In this document: piece after piece, positions 57,949 to 64,000 of the stretch
How the letters are laid out: each line of letters opens with the position of its first letter
Position numbering within the stretch: the first letter of the stretch is position 1
Origin: Klebsormidium nitens
Lineage: Eukaryota > Plantae > Klebsormidiophyceae
DNA: 64,000 bases
Direction: 5' to 3'
Assembly: GCA_000708835.1 (NCBI GenBank)
Contig: DF236972.1
Span: 248,001-312,000 of the forward strand
Position numbers and translations under genes: made by a program
Notes under the pieces: generated by a model
The model's database searches: none
What the model was told of the DNA's origin: nothing
What the model saw: the letters and a program-made list of their open reading frames with translations, nothing else

Positions 57949-60900
57949 TTAGCACCTGCGATGGATCGAACCCAAACTCCTCTGCTCTGGCAAGCGATTC
58001 CCGAGAGTAGTAGCGCTCCGAGTTTCACGCGCACTTGCAGGTTGGCATCTGACGCGTAGACTCCTTGCGCTTAAGTCGGAGATATGGACATGCATCGCTG
58101 TTCGTCGCTCTCCCGGACGCTTGACACTTAGACAGCCCAACCATTCCCAAAACCACACTTCCTTTAACACCCGTCTACACATACCTGTAGGCCGCTATCA
58201 CGGGCGCATAAATCTCGTAAACCTGGCCCGACAAGTAGACGCGGCAGCGGCCGCCACGGGAGGCCTCGCTCTGCTCCTTGCTGAGAAAGCGGCTTCGGTC
58301 GGCAGACGACCGGGGCAACGGGGCGCAGGTCAGGATCTGGAAATGGCAGTCCGGTCCTTAGCGTAATCTCTTGAGAGCTGAATGTTGACGTTCCAGACCG
58401 TTTCAAATAATCGAAAGGGTGGAGAGAAAACATGGCTTTCAAGTGAGCCTCGAAAAGCGCCTTGGCCCTGGTCCCAGCGATTCGACGGTTGAAGTTGACA
58501 GAAAGATCTTCCTGAACCGTCAATGTGAGAATGAAGCTGCCAAGAGGGGTGAACGGGCGTCCAAGATGTTCATTCATGGGACTTTCAAATATCAGGGTCA
58601 AAGGGCCAGGCCTGTTCAAAAACCCTTCTTTGAAGCTGTCTTAGGTAATTCCAGCAATCTGCGGGTTTGGGTTGTTTTCGATATATGAAAAGGGATAGGG
58701 AAAACGAGCGCAGGGAGCGTAGAGAGGGGTCTGGAAACGATATCATCAATCCCTTCAGCGCCAAAAGAACGTAATGCTTCGATACCAGGGACAGATTAGG
58801 GGGCCTTGTTGAAATGGCGGACCGTCTGACGAGATCGACATTCTACGAGATTTACTTTCAATATTTTCATACGTATACCAAAGGCAACCAAGCTTGGCAG
58901 ATTGCGACGTCGACGCACCTTTTGACTCTGGCGGCTCGCGTTGCCCAACAGAACTTCTAGCACCTCCCGGTTCGGACCGGACAGCTGTCCGGTCCTTTCG
59001 CCAGTCATCTCCCTCTGCGCCGCCTGAAACGACCCGTCCGCAGCCCCTTCCGGGTTAACCCTAACCCGCACCAAACCCTCCCTTCTAACCAGCGCTTCCA
59101 GCGTCGAAGGATCGAGCAGGCAACGGTGTAAATGCCCGAACAGGGTGGCCGGTTCGTACTGCGCCGCTTTGGAGTTGCCCTGCCGCTGGCGCCTCTTCAC
59201 ACTCTCCAATAGGGCCTCCCGGGTGGAGTCTAAATCACTGGTTCGGAGCCTTTTCACACCGTGAGCGGACGGTGACGTCACGGCAGCCGCTTGCTGACGT
59301 GGGTCCGAGGTCACGTGGGGAGCGGGGTTATACAAACCGGTCGCAGAGGCAAACTTGAAGGCTGCATTTGCTGAAAGTTGCACACTAGAGGAGGGCTCCT
59401 GGCTGGGCTGTATATGCGAGCGATTATTGCCTAAGCTTATGACTGATCCGGCCATGTTGTTTGTGGAGAGGAAATCAGCTGCGTGCGCGGCAGAGTTTTG
59501 CTTTGCAGGGATGGGGTTCGTGGCCTTGTTTGGGGAGCATACGAGGGGATCCGCGGGCACGTATGGCAGGCATAAGAGGTCCGCCGCTGCGGAGCCCTCG
59601 GCCCAAAGTTCGCACTGCGATGCGCCGTCATCTGAACAAGAGATGAGGGCCACCGCTTATAACTTTGTCCGATGTGACCAGGCTTGTAGGGGTCTTAGGA
59701 TGGTTGTGCAGGGGTGTCAAAAGGATGGATATGATGACACCGGATGGAAGCCGGGCTTTCTCTCTGTCACGTAACAAAGCACGCCGCTTGCTGGACTGCC
59801 TTAAGGTCAGGGAAATGCAACTTGCATTGGCGAAAGAAGGCAAATAACTCTAGTAGTACTCATAGCACCATTTGCTGCAACCAGAGAATTCCTTGAGCAT
59901 GTCAGGCCCGCATACTACATAGTGCGAGTTAGGCACGCGTTTCAGCACCTTCTCCAAGACAAGACAAATTAATTCCAACTTCAATTCAGTGCCTGAATTC
60001 CAAACTTACCAAACGAGAAGCAGGCTTCGCGCAGAAGAACAGTGTACTGAGACTCGTCCGCGCAGCAGCGGACGCAGCCCGAGCAAACCGTCCGAGCTTC
60101 CGATGTTGGATGCGACTGGGCGCCGCAGAACGGGCAGCCCCATGCTAGTTGCAGCTCGAGTACGGCAACGACCTGACAAGAGGTTCACACACAGGGTAAT
60201 GTTAGGGAGAAGACGAGACCGCCAGACACGTTGTGTCACAAATAAAACTGGGAGTGCGTACCATATCCCACAGGTTGAGTCTTTTGGCAGATGGAAGTAG
60301 TAAGGAGTCTTAAGTCGGGCGAGAGCGCGCTCTTAGGGCCCAGCAAGATCGTTTATATAGTAGGACCAAAATTAAACTTGTGGCTCGACGAGTCGGAGCC
60401 TACAGATGACTTGGGGTGCAGAAGTTTGCTACATTGAAAGAACAGACTCCAATGACGGGGCGCACTACGCCTGCCAGCACCAGTGATTTGCGGCAACTAG
60501 CCCGTCTATGCAAAGGCGTACAACCTCTTCCAGTGATCCCGGCTCCCCAAAAGGCCTTCTGAGGAAGACAATAGGCCCAGTCTACTTAGTACACTTCATT
60601 TCTACTCTCAAGGAAGGAGAAGCAATTACATGGTCCCCAGACTCGTTGGCAGGCCTCTGGATGTCAGCCTTTTTAATATCGGAAGTTGCCATTCATTATT
60701 TTACGGAAGTCGATTGGGAGATGGCTACGTTACTCACCCTGCCTCGCAGTTTGACGCTCTTGGCCGCATCGCATTTTCCGCCAGCCCCTCTAGCGCAATC
60801 TTTGGTCCTCCCTGCGCGCAGACTGGCGCCCACGATCGGCAAGACTTCCCGGTAGACCGGCTCCGGCACTTGTACCAACAACGAAGCCTGAGCGCCGTTC

Positions 60901-63882
60901 GCCGATTCCGCAACCGACCTTTCCGACGTTTCCCCTGTTTCAGAACCCGTCCCCGCTTCGCTGCTGACGAAGCGGAAGCTGTGCACCGATTCTCGTTCTG
61001 TGAGGTCGATGACGGGAAGGCGGGACTGACTGTAGTTCCGGGGAGGCAGAGTTGGGACCGTTGAATTGAGATCGGGGTCGTGCCGCTTGGGGGCAAGCGG
61101 TTGAGCAGGGATGAGGTACGAGTTGCCCACGTGAAGAAACTGCAAAGAGGATACTCAGAAAATGCTGGACGTTCTAACTTTTTATTTAAGTACAGGTCTT
61201 TATGATCTCAGAAGGAGGTTTACTCGGAAGGGGACTGCAGGCATTTGTGGGCTTTGGGGTCGAGGACTTCAGGTTCCCAAAAAAGTAGAGATGGCGCTTC
61301 TCGATCAGTAGATTATTCGTATGAAAGCTCAGGCTTCCACAGTCCCGAGCCTCAGTCATACTGCGCTGATCAAAGACAATTTCAGATGCTGTTGATTCGA
61401 AGATGATCACGCAGCACCACCCGCAGATTGCAGGGCGTTAAGAATCTTTCGTCAATGACTTACATGAGAACTGGATAGCTTCGTCACCTCAGGCAGATCA
61501 ACGTATGCTAAAAGCATTTCCTCCGTACGATCCGAGAATAGACCGTGCTGCCTCAAGCAGTAAAAAGTGCTTCGAGGATTGGTCCTCGTAAGCGACCGTT
61601 CAGCCGAGGCTCCACTCTGACGGTCGCCTAAGAACAAACTTGGTCACACTTGGTCGCAGTGACACGGAAGCCCCAAAAAAGCCTTTGCCAAGAAACGCGG
61701 AACTTACGTCATACAGCAGCGCGGCCTCGCCCGCAAACGTCAGCAGCACCCGGGCTTCAGAACCCGCGGCGCTCCCAAGCGGCTCGCGTCTCTCAAGCAC
61801 CGCGCTCACCGGAGGACCCCGCTCTAGTTCCTGGTCCGCCCTGCCAGTGACATTCAACCTCTGACTGTACACAAAACACTGAGCGGATTCCGGTCGCTCC
61901 GTTCCGGACACTTTCGGACGCTTCGGCGGCCGGATGTCCGCTGATCGGGCCGCCGCTGCGGCGCCAATGACCGTCCGGTGACCGAAACCTTGGGCTCCGT
62001 TTTCATCCGCAGTTTTCATTCTCAGGCTTTGGACCGTTGCTCCGACGCTCGGACAGGGCCCGGACATCGGCAACCCGGTTCGGACGGCTTGTCCGTCCTT
62101 AGCCATACCCCAGACAGGGTTCGCATTAAACGGGTTCGGAACCACGATTAACCCAGCGCCTAGGTGAAGGACCCTCCTCCCGTAGGGCTCCGTCGGAACC
62201 GCCCCGTCGTCCAACGGGGAACCGCCACGTGGCGCCGGTTGGCTCGGCCCAGCAGTGCACTTAGCCAGTGGTCGGGTCAGCGCGGTTTGGATGGGCCGGT
62301 GGCGCCTCTCCCAGGCCGGTGTGAAAAGGCACCCGTCCGACGGCGCGGCTGAACCTGGCGCGGTTCCCGCTTGGCGTACCAGCCAGGGGGGACCATTTTT
62401 CTCCCGCACCTCGTTAGCCTTGGCTCGGTGGTAGGACCGTACCAGGCCGGAGCGAGGCTCAGGTAGCTGCGGGTTATGGTGCGGGTTATGGCGCCAGTTT
62501 CGCGGGTCTCGCGGAAACCGAAATCCTCCGAAAGTGGCCTCCACATCCGCTTCGAAACCAGACCGCTGCACTGACGTCGAAATGCCGCCTAGAGCCCCCA
62601 ACTTTGGGTCCAGTAGGATGAGGACACGTGGAAGCAGCACAGCCTCCGCCGCAAACTGGAGGCCCCTTTCCCCTCTCACGACCGCCGACTTTAGAATGAC
62701 TGAGACCATCCAAAAGGGGGTCCCTCCCGCCTGCTTGCTCGACCCCCCTGCCGCGGCGCACCCGGCGTTTCCACGCCAGTTTAACGGCTGCAGTGCTGTC
62801 CCTCCCCCCTCTTTTTGCCACGTGGCAGCACCTCGCCCAACGCTTGGCGCGGACGCTGTTCGCGTTCGTTTCCGAACCTCCGTCCGCAGCCACGTGCCCC
62901 TTCCATAAGCGACTGGCTCGGCTAGCGTCTTATGGTACGGGTTCGGCGGCATTTCGTGCGTGAACGTGAGAGGGGGAGGCCCAATGACGAGTAGAGCGTC
63001 AGCAAGGCTGAAGGAGACGGAGGGTTCAAGGTTGTCGGGGCCGGAATCGCTGGCGGCTCGGACATCCGCAGAAAATCTCGTCACCTGCGTCGGACCTTTA
63101 CGGCGATTAGTGAAAGAGCGACTCTTTTTATTGGAGATGGTCCGCATTTGACGGCGCGAAGCAAGGATCGACCGCGATGCCTCCAGTTCTAGTTGAGTGA
63201 TAGGGTAAGTTTGTAAAAACGCTCACGGTCAGGACTCAATGCCGTCTTGGAAAACTTTCAAATGACTAAAATCCTTCCTGCGTAGGTGGAGAAGCACAGC
63301 TAGAGATTCCGTCTGGACCACTGTGCAGATTTGGCAGGACTTGACACATCCGGTCCCTCTTTGCGGCTTTTTCCACTTAAAGCAAACGCCGATGAAAAGA
63401 AGAGTACAGCAGAACTGCTTTAGACCATAACTTATCTGGACGGCATAGAAAGGTGCGAGGAATCTTTCGACAAATGCAACCAGCGAAGCGAATAAAGCAG
63501 CGGCAGAAATTACTTCAGTTGGGAGGAATGAACACTTCTAAATCATCTATGTACAAGAGAAAAAACACAATATCCTGGTCATGATGCTACGATAGATGGG
63601 CAGGAAACTTTCGTCGGCGCTCACTCAAGGTAGATAGAATGTCACTTTTGCGTAACCTGCTCCTTTGAACAGACGACAAGGGCCTCTCCAGAATCCAGCC
63701 GGAGCTCTAGAACATTTTAGACCGCTTAGGACTTGTGATCCACCGTCAAAACAAGAAGGTGGGCAAAACTTTCTTACCAGCAACCACCGGCCGAGATGGA
63801 CCGCCTCCAGACGCTCCTTGACTTCGACTCGGACACTGCCAGTTGCGTCCGACAGAACAGCCCGTCCGGAACACGCATCGAC
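57949..63882 (-). CDS. CTC1: Probable CTC1 (CST telomere-maintenance complex large subunit), 3' part; 5' end outside window. Exons 63882-63778, (one or more uncertain), ~63188-61708, 61139-60738, 60172-60010, 59655-58919, 58336-58185, 58048-57949
   Basis: OB-fold motifs AVLSDATGSVRV and RVLLTFAGEAALLYD|FLHVGNSYLI (compare human WFEFLHPGQVY). Zn ribbon VKLRGR|VVAVL...WGCPFCG...VCSGC. DDGASQCELWAEGSAAADLLCL and TLEALVRREGLVRVRVN parallel the recalled Arabidopsis CTC1 C-terminus (EDGSSSCYAWATGERAFTLLRL; HLDQIVRVHKRIVMKCN). Phases are compatible from 61708 to the stop. Confidence 0.75.
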
Positions 63883-64000
63883 CTGACAAATCAAGAAAGG
63901 GTTTGTGAGGGTTTGAGGCAACGGAAGTTTGCGCTGTATAGCCGACAGACGAGGATGAGGTAAAGACGAGAGACCCAAAAACTATTGAGCTGGACGAAGG

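Noticed and set aside
58164-58619. 151-aa minus ORF from the track
   Set aside because: The true CTC1 exon (58336-58185) is in a different frame; this ORF is incidental.

Overview
This is eukaryotic, GC-rich, intron-dense DNA with GT-AG introns and CTGAC/CTAAC branch sites. The proteins are plant-like, and the source is most likely a streptophyte green alga such as Klebsormidium (inference). I spliced the genes by hand from splice signals and phase compatibility. In order: the 3' part of a BUB1 spindle-checkpoint kinase (+); a type II SGNH/PC-esterase-like O-acyl-modifying enzyme (-); a giant ~31 kb, 33-exon gene (-, 11796-42667); a DHHC S-acyltransferase (PAT11-like, -) head-to-head with OST3/6 (+); a non-autonomous hAT element with a perfect 8-bp TSD; two orphan membrane-protein loci (-); two TA-flanked MITEs; and the 3' part of a probable CTC1 telomere (CST) gene (-). 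The giant gene is the main discovery candidate. It encodes a single-pass cell-surface protein of about 4,800 aa: signal peptide, ~22 small 4-Cys units, six bacterial-adhesin-like GGA(V/I)/FxxN beta-helix modules, a Cys-rich linker, PKD/REJ domains, Ser-Pro extensin-like stalks, a GAIN-like domain with a catalytically dead GPS motif but two RRxL protease sites, one TM helix and a 24-aa tail. It looks like a chimeric polycystin-1-like adhesion or sensor protein, and it carries traces of recent exon duplication. All homology calls come from motif recognition and recalled family sequences, not database searches.
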